Part shown: positions 33,956 to 51,190 of the stretch, piece after piece
Layout of the letters: each line of letters begins with the position of its first letter
How positions within the stretch are numbered: the stretch's first letter is position 1
Assembly: GCF_009834535.1 (NCBI RefSeq)
Contig: NC_045715.1
Location: 29,946,001 to 30,010,000 of the forward strand
Reading direction: 5' to 3'
From: Camelus ferus
Taxonomy: Eukaryota
Length of the DNA stretch: 64,000 nt
Notes under the pieces: generated by a model
Databases searched by the model: none
Seen by the model: only the letters and a program-made list of their open reading frames with translations
Told to the model about the DNA's origin: nothing
Made by a program: the position numbers and the translations under genes

Positions 33956-35812
33956 CTTTTTTTTTTTCCCCGTGGCTCCCTGTGTCCTCCAGCCACGGCT
34001 TCATGCCCAGCAAAGGGTAGAGGGACGGCAGCCCGAGTCTGGGGGGATGAGCATGACCCAGCTGGGCCTTGGCCGGCACTGGACCCGGGCCAAGGCATGG
34101 GGGCTGTTGGTCCTCTTAGCCTCGGAGGGGCTACAGTGCCTCCTGCTGGGGCCACAGAGGAGGGGCCGGCCAGGAGCCAGGACACCCAGACTGTTGGTCG
34201 AGATCTGGAAAGGTCATTTTCCTTTGCTGCTTCATTCCTTCTTTCATTCCCCTGTCTGGGGATGGAGGCAGTGCTCCATCTTTCTTTTGTCTTCACTGTC
34301 ACCATCTCCACTGTGTCCTCACTCCGCAGCCCCAGGAGTGAGTTCTCAAATTGGCCAGCTCCACCTCCCTGCCAAGCTCCTGGTTGCACTCCCTGGCAGG
34401 GAGAGGATGCAGCCTGAGGGTTGTCCCCTACCTGGCACTCCGCCCTGACACCGAAGCGCAAACTTCCTGGGGAACAAGGAGCCTGTGTGTCCTTGGTGAA
34501 GCTGGGCCCTCCCCTTCTCTTCCCAAACTCTGGCCTAGGGAGGTGTGAGGTGGCCTGGCACCATGAGAGGCCTCAGTGGAGGGGGCCGCACCACTGGGTC
34601 CCCCTTCTCAAAAGTGATTCTTCCCGATAGGAAGTGGAACCAGAGCTCTGGCCACTGTGCGCCCCCCGCCACGTGTTGTGCCCCCCCCACCGCCCTTGGC
34701 ACTTCTGTCAGGGCTTTATTTCTCACTGTTTCATTTAATTGAAGGCTTCAGGCTTCATTAAGGACTGTTAGCACATTTTCAAGGGTCTGATGAGCTCTGG
34801 CATTCTAATAGAGAGTTAAGTATTTTGTCATACTGGGAACCAAGTCCACGCACATACTCCAGGGCACACATAAAACCAGGATACTTAACCTAAGGTTTGT
34901 GGAAAACAAGATATTCTTTTTCCATCTGGTTCAAAAGGCAAGGGGCACCCTGGGTGTTCTCCAGTCTCCACAGAGCCCTTAGGCCGTGAGGCTGATGGAA
35001 AACGGCACCCTTGCTCCGCTCCCTCTCAGTCCACCTCGATTTCCCCACGGTACCCCAACCCCGAGAGACCTACCGGGCTCCTTCCTCAGCACCACAGCTC
35101 TTCAGGGACCCTGTGTTTTCTTGCCTGGGTCTTTTCCCTGCCTCCTGCTTGGCCTTTCAGGACTCCCGCCAAGCCTCATCCAGCCCATCCCACACACGGC
35201 CACAGAGTAATCTGAAAACAGATTGAGTCACAGGCTGGTGTCTCTCCCTGGGGCATGCCAAGCGTTTCCTGAGCCTCCGCCACCACCAGCAACAGCCAGT
35301 CTGCAATTCCTGCCTTCTCCGCACCTCAGAACTTTTGTAACTGACTTAACACTCTGATCTTACTCCAGTGACCAGACAGTCATGTTTTGCAGGTACAGGT
35401 CTACAATCTATTTATGTTTTCACTCTTTAAGTTGCAAATTTAAGCTGCCTGTTTCCAGAAGTACTAAAAATGTTTGCTTCCTCGCATCTGCTTGTCCCTC
35501 CCCACACAGTCTTCACAGCCAGACCTAGCTGTGCTGGCTGGGTGGCACCCACCCTACGGCCTGTGCCCAAAGGATAGAGGTGGATGTTAAGGAGGTTTCT
35601 CTCACCCCAGCAGTGATTTGAAGGACAAAAAAAATTTTGATTACAGTCACTTCTTTTTGTACTGAAATTGATGTTGAAGAAAATTACTAAAATATTTTCT
35701 CCAAAAATTTTTCTAATGCAAATGCCGAAAAATGTGGGTTTCATTCATGATCTCAGTGTCTTCACCTGAGAATGGGGAGAGCTGAGGGTTAGAAAAGGTC
35801 CTGACGGCCCGA

Positions 35813-35845
35813 CTGCAGTGATGGCTCCCGACCACAAGGGGGCGC
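35813..35845 (+). promoter_or_regulatory. Candidate CTCF site with upstream motif
   Basis: CCACAAGGGGGCGC core at 35832-35845, with CTGCAG 18-19 nt upstream. Confidence 0.65.
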
Positions 35846-37271
35846 TCTGCAGACAGCACTGCCTGTGGGAGGCAGCTCTGGGACCTCCCCACTTTTCCTC
35901 CCAGCACTTTGCTTCCTATAAGGTGGGCAAGGGCGAAGCGAGTCACCCAGGTATCCCTCATTCTGCCATGACTAGTGCTGGTCATCACCTTGTGACGTTT
36001 CTGCCGCAAGCTGCTGTACCCCCTGGGGTGGCTGCCGCTGCACACAGAAATTTCCCTCTTTAACCTTATATGGTGAATTGTTGAAGCTTTAAACTTTTGA
36101 AAAGCCAAGAGCCCCAGTAAAACTAGCAGTCCTTAAAAATGGGAGTGAAGCCTCAAGTATATCTGATGGATTGGAATGTGTTTCTCTTCTTTGGGATGAA
36201 TATGGAAAGAACTTGGTGAGGCTACTATGAAGTGGGGATGCTTGACAGGAAACCCCCAGTTGGGAAAATTATTCTCAATGTTATGTTATAGTGATTCAAA
36301 ATGGGTGTGAGCAGAAAAGTGCAGAGTCACTTTAAAGAGATAGCCCGGTTCTCTGGCCAGCAGGCCCTGCCTAAAACCCAAGTCTTGACACAGGAAGAGG
36401 GGCAGGCTGGTGGTGAGGCCCATCTGGCTGGTGGGGCAAGTTGGCAGGGAGTGTGGAGATGGGCATCTCAGATAGGCAGAGCCCACGTTTCTTGCTTCCT
36501 ACCCACCCCCCGCCCCCCAACCCATTAAGAGCCTGAGTCCCAGCTGGGACTAGCTCATCTCCACATGACCTGGCTTCCTGCATGGGTCTCCTCCGGGAAA
36601 GTATGTGCTCACTAGATCCCTCCACAGCCTTGGCAGCCCTAGTGCTCCGTACCAGTGAGCCAGTTGGCTGGCTGGCTCCAGACGGCAGGGCAAGTGCTAA
36701 ACGAGTCAGCAGGACCCCACAAAGTGGGGGCTTCTGTTTATCACAGCCGCCCTCTCCCAGGCCTTTCTATGGTTGGGGGGGGGGGTTCAGATTTACAGCC
36801 TAGGATTCCATCTTGTGCCTGCCAAGTGCCACCTGTGTGACCCTGGACAAGTCAACCATCCTCTGTGACCCAGATCCTTGTTCTTTAAACAGGGTGACAT
36901 GCACAGACTTACTAAGGAAATTGAGGGAATCTGCAGGGGAGTCCGGGTGCAGGAGGTGAGGCCCCTTAAAGACACGAGGTGCCAAGAGTCATTAGGACCC
37001 CTTCAGCCTGGTGCACTCCCTGCCCCCTTCCCACCCCGGTCTAAGCGGCTCGCTGCTCCTCCCTGCACATCCTTGGGTCTCCTCCCCAGCATCTTTGAGA
37101 ACTAGGACTTATTTCCTTCCCCCCAGCCAAGTGCGAACCGCCATTGGGGTCCCTGCCTCTGGCAGGGCAGCGAGAACCGCAGGGCTGGGCCGGGAACGGA
37201 GAGAGCCCGGGTCTAGCTCAGCCCCGCCTAGCGGCGAGCGAGGAGGGAAAGTGACATTACCCGTCCCGCGT

Positions 37272-37285
37272 GTGCCCCCTGGCGG
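37272..37285 (-). promoter_or_regulatory. Candidate CTCF site in a small CpG-rich patch
   Basis: GTGCCCCCTGGCGG equals CCGCCAGGGGGCAC on the minus strand. Confidence 0.65.
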
Positions 37286-37339
37286 GAGCGCGGCCCTTCG
37301 CAACTGACCCCTGCCAGATGGGGGGTGGGGGCCAGGCTC

Positions 37340-37600
37340 TACTGCTCTTAAGTCTGAGTGACCTTGAACTATGCACTTTCCAACTCAGAGGTGTTCATCT
37401 GTAAAGCAGGGGTAATAATACTTGACTTGCCTACCTCTCCCTGTTGTGAAACTCCACTGAGTTAATGAATAACGTTCACCTGCCACTCGGCTCACTGTCT
37501 TACGTATATTGACTTCTACGGTCTCCTAATAATCCTACAAAGTGGTGACAACTGCCATGCCCATTTTACTCCAGGGAACTGAGGCTGAAAAGGTTAAAGG
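37340..37600. mobile_element. Two MIR remnants in opposite orientation
   Basis: gtgaccttgaactatgcactttcc..catctgtaaagcaggggtaataatac (+) and ccattttactccagggaactgaggctgaaaaggttaaa (-). Confidence 0.7.
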
Positions 37601-38699
37601 ATGGAAAAATATTTTGTAAACTGCAAAGCACCAGGTAAGTATAATTCTCTGTCCCTCTATCCCTGAGTCTCTCTCTCTCTCTCAGTCCCTTTCTCTGATA
37701 CATACACACACAGATGAGAAAGTTCCCAGGCAGTGAAAGGTACAAGGCCTCATGTGACAAGGTGGCACCATAACACAGGCTTTGTGCACCTGCCTCCAAA
37801 ACATCCCAGAGAGTCATCTCTTTTCACATCCCAGGGATCCCAAACATCCAGGCATCCCGAAGTCCCATGTCATCCTTCCCAGGTGAAACCAGTGAGGGCT
37901 TTTCTGATGTGTAATCTGAGGCCCTTCTGTTGTGAGCTCCTTACTGTCCAGCAGCACTACCACAGTCCAACCAGTCCCTTATCTGGGTGCAGGTGGGCCA
38001 GGAAGGCACTGGGCCCAGCGAATGACCTAGAAATCCAGCCAGCTGAGACCTGCACATTGAGGAGTGACTTGTGCCTGGGGCAGGGCTGGTGGCAGGCAGA
38101 ACAGTTAAGCAGGTCAGGGTTGTTTGTGATGCCACCCAGCCCCTGCACCTTCCCTTGCCTATAATCTGCTCTGGACTGAACTGATTTGGGGTTACGGTTT
38201 ACCTTCTTAGTCAAAGGGGGCCTGGAACACTGAACAACGCTCAAGACAAAAAGGGATGCCTGTTGGGTGTGATGGCAGGAGGAGGACTGACATTTTGGGG
38301 TTGGGCTGACAGCAGCAGCAGGTAGGCAGGACTCCATCACACCCATTAGGCCACGGATACTCTGCCCTTAGGGAGTCAAGAGATGCTGATACGCATATAA
38401 AAAGCAAGGTTACCAAAGATGCCCCATTTACCATTCCAGAAGGGCCTAGACCACAGTTTCTGGCTTTCTTACCACACTCCCCTGAGAGATTTTGTTCTCA
38501 CCTGACTTTGGCCATCAGCCTCTGCCTCCTGGGCAGCTCTCCTTGGTGCTTCACAATGCCTCTAACAGACTTCCAGGCCCCTCCAATCCAGAGTGGCCCT
38601 CCTCCCCTCTCCTCCGTCCACCATCCTGCCATCCAGGCACACATGGAGCATATATAACTATTAACCACATCCTCCAGAAGTCAAATACAAAAGATCAGT

Positions 38700-41600
38700 A
38701 TCATTGTATGTCTACAACATAATGAAAAGATAATATAAGAATAACTGAACATTTTAAACACTTTTGAATTGATCAATAAAGATGCCATAAGGGGAATCAA
38801 AATCCTTAAAACTGAGTCATAATAAAAATACTGTATATTGACACTTGTGGGATATAGCTAAAATACTACTTGAGAAAAAATCCTAAAACCTTGCATTGGA
38901 AAAGGGGAAAGGTGGAAATTGAAAGCGCTAAATATTAAAGTTAACAAAATAGGAAAAGAAGAACAGAACTGACCCAAAGAAAGTAGAAATCATGAGAAAC
39001 ACTTTAGTGGAAATTTCTCAAATAAAAGAAAAAAGTAAAGAAATTAAAGAATTAAAGAAGCAGAAAACAAAGTATGTAGATCAACAGAAAACAGATAAAT
39101 TTCTGGTGAAACTGTTTATGAGAAAAAAGGAAAATACACAAAAAACAATTTTAGGAGTGAAAAAAGGGGACATACTTAAGATAGAACAGAGATTAAAAAG
39201 ATAGTCAAAGGAAATAGAATGCCATAATCTTTAAAGCTTTCAAGAAACATTCAGAAAAACTATTAAACAAAATTGACTTAAGGCATAATAGAAAATCTGA
39301 GTAGTCCTAGACCATTAAAAAATTTGAGTTCTTAGTTAAAATGTTTTCATACAGAAAACAAGAGTCAGGCAGTTTTATAGGCGAGTTCTACAAAGCTTTA
39401 AAGAAATAGATACTTTCAGTCTAATATTAGTAAGTCTACTAATGGATTAAACCTATAAATAGATAAAGGGAATTTTAAAGAATATTCTCAATAGATGCAA
39501 AAAAAATAATTTTGATACCTATTCAGATAAAAATATATAACAAGTAAGAGACAGAAAGACTAAGTATGCCCAATCATGAAGTGTTAGAAACATTCTTCTT
39601 ACTTATATATTTATTGAAGTTTAGCTGATTTATACTGTTGTGTTAGTTTCTGGTGTACAGCATAGTGATTCAGTTATACATACATATGTATTCTTTTTCA
39701 TTATAGGTTATTACAAGATTGAATATAGTGCCCTGTGTTATACAGTAGGTCCTTGTTATTTATCTATTTTATATATAGTTGTTTGCATCCACTAATCCCA
39801 AACTCCTAATTTATCCCTCCCCCACCCATTCCCCTTTGGTAACGATAAATTTCTGTTCTATGTCTGTGAGTCTTTTTCTGTTTTATAAATAAGTTCATTT
39901 GTATCATTTTTTTAGATCCCACATATAAGAGATACCATATGATATTTGCCTTTCTCTGTCTGACTTCACTTAGTACAATAATCTCTAGGTCCATCAATAT
40001 TGTTGCAAATGGCATTATTTCATTCTTTTTTATGGCTGAGTACTATTCCATTGTTATCTATAACACATCTTTATCCAGTCACCTGCCAGTGGTCATTTAA
40101 GGTGTTTCCATGTCTTGGCTATTGTAAATAGTGCTGCTGTGAACATTGGGGTGCACATATCTTTTTGAATTAGAGTTTTCTCTGGCTATATGCCCAGGAA
40201 TGGAATTGCTAGTTAACTCTATTTTTAGTTTTTAAAGGAATCTCTATACTGTTGGCCATAGTGGCTGCACCAAACTACATTCCCACCAGCAGTGTAGGAG
40301 TGCTCCCTTATCTCCACAACCTCTCCAGCACTTATTGTTTGTGGACTTTTTGATGATGGCCATTCTGATCTGTGTTCAGTGATATGTCATTGTAATTTTG
40401 ATTTGTATTTCTCTGATAATTAGCAATGTTGAGTATTTTTTCATGTGCCTCTTGACCATCTGTATGTCTTCATTGGAAAAATGCCTATTCAGATATTCTG
40501 CCGATTTTTTATTAGGTTGTTTATTTTTGTTGTTGTTGTTGTTACTGAGTTGTATGAGCTGTTTATTTATTCTGGAAATTAAGCTCTTGTCAGTCGCATC
40601 ATTTGCAAATATTTCTCCATAGGTTGTCTTTTCATTTTGTTTTTGGTTTCCTTTGCTGTGCAAAACTTGTAGGTTTGATTATGATCTACTTGTTTATTTT
40701 TTGCTTTTATTTCTATTGCGTTGGGAGACTGGCCTAGGAGAACATTGCTGCAATTTACGTCAGAGCATGTTTTGCCTACGTTCTCTTCTAGGAGATTTAT
40801 GGTGTCCTGTCTTATGTTTAAGTCTTTAAGCAATCTTGAGTTTATTTTTGTGTATGGTGTGAGGGAGTGTTCTAACTTCATTGATTTACATGTGGCTGTC
40901 CAGTTTTCCCAACACCACTTACTGAAGAGACTGTCTTTTCTCCATTGTATATTCTTGCCTTTCTGTCAAAGGTTAATTGACCATAGATGCGTGGGTTTAT
41001 CTCTGGACTCCCTATTCTGTTCCATTGATCCATATGTCTGTTTCTGTGCCAATACCACACTATTTGGATTACTGTAGCTCTGTAGTATTGCCTGAAGTAG
41101 AGGAGGGTCAGGCCTCCAGCTTTGTTCTTTTTCCTCAGTATTGCTTTGGCAATTCTGGGTCTTTTGTGATTTCATATACATTTTAGGTCTATTTGTTCTA
41201 GTTCTGGGAAAAATGTCATGGGTAACTTGACAGGGGTTGCATTAAATCTGTAGATTGCTTTGGGTACTATGACCATTTTAACAATATTAATTAGAAGCAT
41301 TCTTTTTCTGATCAGAAATGAGACAGGGATGCCCAGAATCACTATTTCCACTCATCATTGTTCTGCATGTCCTAGTTGGTGCAGTGTAACAAAAAATAAG
41401 AGATTCAAGGGTTAGAAAGGGAGAAACCAAAATGCCATTGTTCTCAGATGACAGGTAGGGTTGTACCTAGAAAACAGCACAAAACTGATGGACAAATTAA
41501 GAATTAATAAGGTAGTTTACCAAGTTGTGGGATCAACACACAACAATCAAGTGCTTTTCAAACTCTCTGGGAAACAGAAAATGAAGGAAAATTTATACTT

Positions 41601-41700
41601 GCCATTGCGTCAAAAAATAATATACCAACAATCAAATGAGCAAAAGCTGTGCAAGAGACTTATCATGCATGTAGAGCAGAATATGGAAACTAGACAAAGA
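38700..41700 (+). mobile_element. Old LINE-1 ORF2 region (38700-39597 and 41291-41700) split by a younger L1
   Basis: Degenerate A-rich L1 ORF2 text on both sides (tgtacctagaaaacagc.., ctcaatagatgcaaaaaa). Confidence 0.7.
39598..41290 (-). mobile_element. 5'-truncated younger LINE-1 (ORF2 C-terminus plus 3'UTR), about 1.7 kb
   Basis: Broken ORF2 peptides ([30 protein letters not shown]); 14-bp TSD TTAGAA(A/G)CATTCTT at 39584-39597 and 41291-41304. Confidence 0.9.
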
Positions 41701-42131
41701 AATGGGGCCCAGGTTGGCTGTGCAGACCTGCTCCACTGTCCAGTGGATCTGAATGTCAGGTGTCAGGTCTGTTGCCCTGGGGGGATGTCAGTTCAGGGTA
41801 TTCCCCATGGAATTCGGAGGTGTAAGCCTGGTGGTACTGGGAAGACGGGAACTGACAGAGTACATCTGGCAGGCGCTGAGCTTGGGAGGCTGCTTGTTCT
41901 GGGGGTTAAGGACCCAGAGCTACTCCCTGTGCTGATACAGTCGCTGACGTCCTGATGCCCCAGTTGCTTTATTCATCTCTTGCCCCTTACCCCTCAGCGG
42001 CTTCCCCGACCCCTCTGAAAGGCCAGTGGTGCACGCTAACTAAGAGACTTCCCAGTCTGAGCAGCAGCAGGCGGCCTCTGCCCAGGCTGAGTCTCCGCTC
42101 CCTTGGAGACCTCACTTCTCCTTACCCAGAG

Positions 42132-42428
42132 CAGGGGTCTGCAGCGCTTTTCTGTAAAAGGTTAAGGGGGTAAATATTTCAGACTCTGCAAGCCATGTGG
42201 TCTCTGTCACAACTATCAACTAGCCAAAGACAACAGGTAAGTAAGTATGTTTCAGTAAAACTTTATGGACACAAATTCAAATTTCATATACTTCTCACAT
42301 GCCAAAATATTATCCTTCTTTTGATTTTTTTCAACCATTAAGAAAACGTAAAAAGCATTCTTATCCACAGGCCATATAGAAACCAGCGATAAGCTTGCCC
42401 TCTGCAGGCCATAGTCCATCAGTCCCTG
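42132..42428 (+). mobile_element. MER58B-like hAT-Charlie DNA transposon (MITE)
   Basis: caggggtctgc...ttttctgtaaaagg..gtaaatatttcagac..ccatgtggtctctgtcacaacta...ggccatag..ccctg; CAGGG/CCCTG termini. Confidence 0.75.
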
Positions 42429-44499
42429 CTTCCTCTGGATGCCTCCAGCAGCATAAGGTCGGGTGGGTCTTTGAGGCCTGGGTAGGATAAAAAGTCTCTT
42501 GGGAACATCTAGGGTTGCAAGTGCTGCTGGGAAAAGTAGGCTTCTGGAGAACCAGGGGTTTTTAAGCCATCTTTAATAGCCTTCAGTGGCTTCCCTCACC
42601 CTAAGTTAAGGTCAGAACTACTTAGCAGGGCCTTGTGGCCCTCTGTGACCTTACCCATACCTGCAGGGCCACTTTCAGCTCCTCCTGCCTCCCTCGAGGG
42701 CTCCTGGGCTATGGTCCCTCTGTCAGGGCTGTGCCTGTCTGTGCTTTCCCTGGGGTTGGGAGCCCTGAGCCCCCTTCCCCAGGCTGAGCTGGGAGACTCT
42801 GATGTGTCTCCCATACTGCTATGGTTCACACTTGGTCTGCTGCAGCTCCCCGTAGTGGGCTGAAGGCTGTCTTGTGCATGCCTCTCTGCCTCTCGCCACG
42901 CAAGGCTCACAGTTGGGGCTTAGTGAGTGTCAGAGAGCTGGAGAAGTTATCCTGGAAGACTTCCAGAAGAGAAGGGAGAATTTATGTGCTGGTGCAAGAT
43001 TTGAGATTTTCCCATTAGAAACCTTCTGAGGAGTCTCTGTTCCTGACATTGGTCCACAGGAGTGATTCTTGCTTTGCTTTGGACTTGGGCCCTGGGAGGG
43101 GAAACAGCATCCCCACTTCATTTCTGGAGCAGGGAGCAAGGGAGTTAGTGGAGCAAAGGCTCTGAGCTGACCCACCTTGGAGTCATCCCTGAAGCCTTCC
43201 TCTCCCAGTTCCTAGAATGTGCAGACTCACTTCTACCACTTCACAGTCCTGTGAGATGTTGTCAACACTTTGTGAACTAGGGAGCAGACGTTTAATTAAG
43301 TAGGCCCCATGTGCCCAGAGGGAGGGAGGGTGCGTTGGAGGATGATGCTCCTGGTTTGCAGTTTCCATCAGGAACTGGGCATCCTGGTGCCTTTCCAGCA
43401 CCTATGCCCCTTCCCACACTCATTGGCTTCTCTCAGCCACAAGCTTCTCCCAGGCCATAATGAATGGGAATAGAAGAGTAGGAAGGAGATGAAATTGAGG
43501 TAATGGTAATAGGGATGATGACGTTTGGAGTGTGGGGCAAGGAAAAGGAAACCAAGGGTCCTTTGTTCTTTAGAATTCAACACATGAACAAAAAAAAGAT
43601 GAAGGAATAAGACTGGGCACCACGGCTGCTGAGGTAAGTCTGTGGGTGGTGGTGGGGAAACCCCTCCCCAGCATTCCAGGGGCCAACAAAGTGGGCCACG
43701 AAGGGAGTTGCTGGACATCCACGAGATCACATCGCAGGGAGTGTCCATTCTCTACTGGACGGACTGTAGGTCCAGTAGGCTTCCGAGATGAGGTCTTGGA
43801 AAGGCAAGGACAGCTACTACCTGGAGGGCACGCGACAGGGGCAGAGCCAGGCGAGACAGAGGCTCCCGCAGCTCGCTGGGCAGGCGCATGGCCTGGGGGG
43901 CTCCAGCGCCAGAGCTGAAGGGGAACAGCATGGTTCTGGCTGCCTAGAGCCGGCCAACCTCTGGCCAGCGTTTTCATCCTGCCTCCAAGAACCCTGACAC
44001 CCTGCGGAGGTCCCTGGAAACTCTCCCCTCCCCTGATTTAGGGCAGCTGCAGAAGGAGGGAAGAGTGTGAAAAACGAAACCAGATTGAGAAACAGCTCGA
44101 TTGTCATCTCCCTACTTTCCACACACGTAGGCAGCTGCAGAGGCTGGGGAGGGTCCCTCGGGTAGCTACCCCATCCCCAATTCTCTGAAGGCGGCGCCCG
44201 CAGAGCTGCCTCAATAGCCCGTGTGCTGTGTGTTACTGACGGCGGGGTGTCAATCATTCCCTTTACGCTCCATCCCACTCCGGACGCAGTGCCGGGCTAG
44301 CTGGGCCTGGCGGGTGGGTAAGACGATCCCACCTCTAGTGCCCTACAGTAAAGGAGTAGGGCAGCCCAACCCTTCCCCAGGACACTAGCAGAACCGGCGC
44401 GGGGCGGAGCCGCTGCAGAGACACTGCCCCAGCTGCAGCGGGCGGGGCGGAGCCTCGAGGGAAGGGGCGGAGCGGGGGTGGGACCACCGAGGCGGGCCT

Positions 44500-45288
44500 G
44501 GAAACTGCTGGAAGTGTGGTCGTACGAAGCCGTCGCTCCTTCCGCCGCGCTCAGGCAAAGAGTCCCCTCGCCAGCCCCAACCGGCGCCCTTTCCGCAGCG
44601 GGAGTCGTGCCCCGCGGCGAAACGCTGTCCCTGTCCTCTGTCCCTGTCCGCTGTCCCCGGGAGGGCAGGGGGCCGGGGGCTGCCCAGAGTTGGGCCTCGA
44701 GTTCCTCACCGCCCGCCGGAAAGACCCCTTCCCCTTATCCAGCTGTAGGAATTTGTAGGGGATATTCTAGCAGGGAGATCGAGCCTGGGAGAGTAGGTGG
44801 GAGTGGTTGGCCCTTTTCAAGGCGTCCCTTGAGGCTGGTATTCGGGTGTGAAGGCGCCTGCCCCACAGGTTTTTAACGAGATCAGTGGGGATCGTCGCCC
44901 CTAGATTCACTTATTACGCCATATGAGCTTTCCCAATATCTCGTTCTGGTGGTGTCCTGTCTTTTAGAGCACGGGGACGGGGCTATGAAAATGAGTAAAT
45001 ACGTGTGCGCTCTGACTGCTTTCTCCCTTGACCGCCCCCCTCCCCTATTTTGGACCATGACGTCAAGGTGGGCGGGCGGCGGCAGGTGCGCGGCTCACAG
45101 GCATCCTCCTTTAAGGCGGAGGGATCCGGGGGCGGGCCGCTGGTCTGTGCTTCGCCTTATATAGAGCGTCTTGGGGCACACACCCGTTCTCTTGAGTCAC
45201 CCCCGCCGAGGCTGGTTGCTGCCGGTGAGCCGGACCCAGTCCTTGCCCCCTCAACTCTCTAGTATACTTGAGATTCTTATTCTTTAAG
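44500..45288 (+). promoter_or_regulatory. HSP90AB1 promoter and non-coding exon 1 (about 45189-45288)
   Basis: HSE-like gGAAacTGCtgGAAg at 44500-44514, CRE TGACGTCA at 45058-45065, GC boxes, TATATAG at 45158-45164, donor aag|GTAAGG at 45289; inside a CpG island (about 44200-46100). Confidence 0.8.
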
Positions 45289-45886
45289 GTAAGGCCTCAG
45301 TCTTTTTCAGGCTTTTCTAGTTTGGTCTTTCTTTCGAGTTGCTGTATCCTTCCTCCCGACCTTTCCGAGACCCAGATTTTGTCCTGGGGAGGCTTTTGGG
45401 GATAACGCTGCTAATTTCGGGGGTGGGTGGGAGGGGGCTTTCGAGTTAAGCTTCTTTTTCCTTATGTGTTTGGTGGTGGGCTCTCTTTTAGGCGGCTGCT
45501 AGGCACGGGTGAGGTGGGCCGTGGAGTGGGGCTCGGGTAGTGGGCGGTTGCACGTGGTGGCTGCGCCGGCCCGGGACGCTGCCATGTTTGCCCCTCCACT
45601 TCCGGACGCGGCTACGGGACGTCGGAGGGTCCGTAAGCCGTGGGGTGGGTGCGCGCTCAGTGTGACTTAGCTTACCCTGGTCTTGGCCAGGTTTTGTCGC
45701 CTCTCTTTTTGGACGGGGTTTTCAAGTCTTTTCGGGTCCGTTCCGTGAGGGTTTGCGGCGAGGGATGCCTGTGGTCCATCGTGCTTTTCCCCTTTAGATC
45801 TTTCCTGCGGTCCCGGTGGAGGGAGGGGGCAGGCTCTGGGATTCATGGATTTATTCCTCCCCCGCCCCTCCCCAAGAACTGAGATT

Positions 45887-45906
45887 GTTCTGGAAGCTTC
45901 TGGAGC
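45887..45906. promoter_or_regulatory. Heat-shock element in HSP90AB1 intron 1
   Basis: gTTCtgGAAgcTTCtgGAG: three perfect alternating nGAAn units plus a near fourth; intron-1 HSEs are known for HSP90beta. Confidence 0.85.
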
Positions 45907-46344
45907 CCGGCGCCCCGCCCTGGTGCCCGGATGCTGGGGCGAAGGGAGGCTGCGCGGTGGCGCCCCCTCCTCGCGTGGCCCTGGCGGACGCATGTCCGGC
46001 AGTGACGAGAGTCGGCCCATCAGACTACAGCCACCATCTTAGTTGTGTTTGGTTTGGTCCTGCACATCAGTCACGTGTGCTGCGGGAGGGTCACATTGGA
46101 GCTTTTGCTTTATCGATTCTTTGTCTTAATATAAGTCTCGTGGGCGAGCATCCTACTGGTGTCTCACGGGTTACCCTACCTCAGTATGTGAGGCAGCAAT
46201 CCTATACTATCTCCCTGGAGATACCTAGTGGGGGAGCAGTTTCAAATCATTGCCCTTTAACAAAAACTTGTCACCTTGGGGGTTCCCCACCACCACCAAA
46301 AAAGAGTAATAGAAATACAGTGCTTTGCACATTTAAATGTGCGT

Positions 46345-46465
46345 ATTCACCTGGGGTTCTAAGTTCGAATTCAAAATACCGGGGTTAGGGGCCCTGCTCG
46401 GCGTGCCTTACAAATTACCAGGTGATGCTGAGGCTGCTGGTCCATGGATCGATCACTTAACAGTG
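46345..46465. mobile_element. MER5A-like DNA transposon remnant in HSP90AB1 intron 1
   Basis: acaaattaccaggtgatgctgaggctgctggtccatggatc. Confidence 0.6.
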
Positions 46466-46667
46466 GTTTGGCCCCAAAATACCTTCCGAGAAATCTTAAT
46501 TCTTTTGTTTTAAAGTGCTGGGTTCCTCTCCCAATTGTCTTCTGACTAAAAGTGTAGCCTGAAATCTTTATAAAGAAAAGGATTTTCAGTCGCAGTACCC
46601 AGTTCAAGGCAGTTTGAATTCTTTAATGTCTTTGTTGTAGATAAATTTTTGACCTTTCTTATTTTAG

Positions 46668-50715
<4,048 letters not shown>

Positions 50716-50950
50716 GGAGTTTTTACCTGCAGACTTTGCTCCTTCTCTGTATAGTGTCCCCTGGCTCTCCCAGCAGCAGCCCTGCGTGGCCCCAGCCCAC
50801 CTGGTTCCCTCTGCTGATGTCTAGTGGTTTTATTTCTGTCTTTCTAAGGCAGGATACAAGGGCCTCAAGCCCTGTCCCTTCCCACATTTGACATAGGGTT
50901 TGGGTGTTGTGTTGTCGTGTTTGTTTTTGTTCTGAAATTAAAGTATGCAA

Positions 50951-50956
50951 AATAAA
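50951..50956 (+). terminator. HSP90AB1 poly(A) signal AATAAA
   Basis: About 235 nt after the stop; ATTAAA at 50937-50942 also present. Confidence 0.85.
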
Positions 50957-51102
50957 GAAGATGGCGTTTTATACAGTTCTGCTCTCGTAAAGTATATACA
51001 GTACTGCGTTTTGAGTTTCCCTAGGTTTTTTACCAAGTCTTAACCTGCCATCACCCTGAGAACAGGTTATATGGTACATAATAGTACATCAAAAGCTTTT
51101 TT

Positions 51103-51190
51103 AAAGGCTTCTTTCTTACAGTGGTACTGGGAATTGAACCCAAGACCTTGTGCATGCTAAACACAGGGCTCTATCCAAGCTATACCCTTC
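51103..51190 (-). mobile_element. tRNA-derived camelid-type SINE between HSP90AB1 and SLC35B2
   Basis: gtggtactgggaattgaacccaagaccttgtgcatgctaa...ctataccctt; TSD CATCAAA(A/G)GCTTTTTT at 51087 and 51191. Confidence 0.85.

Noticed and set aside
40376-41181. ORFs with L1 ORF2-like peptides
   Set aside because: Frameshifted pieces of a truncated LINE-1, not genes.
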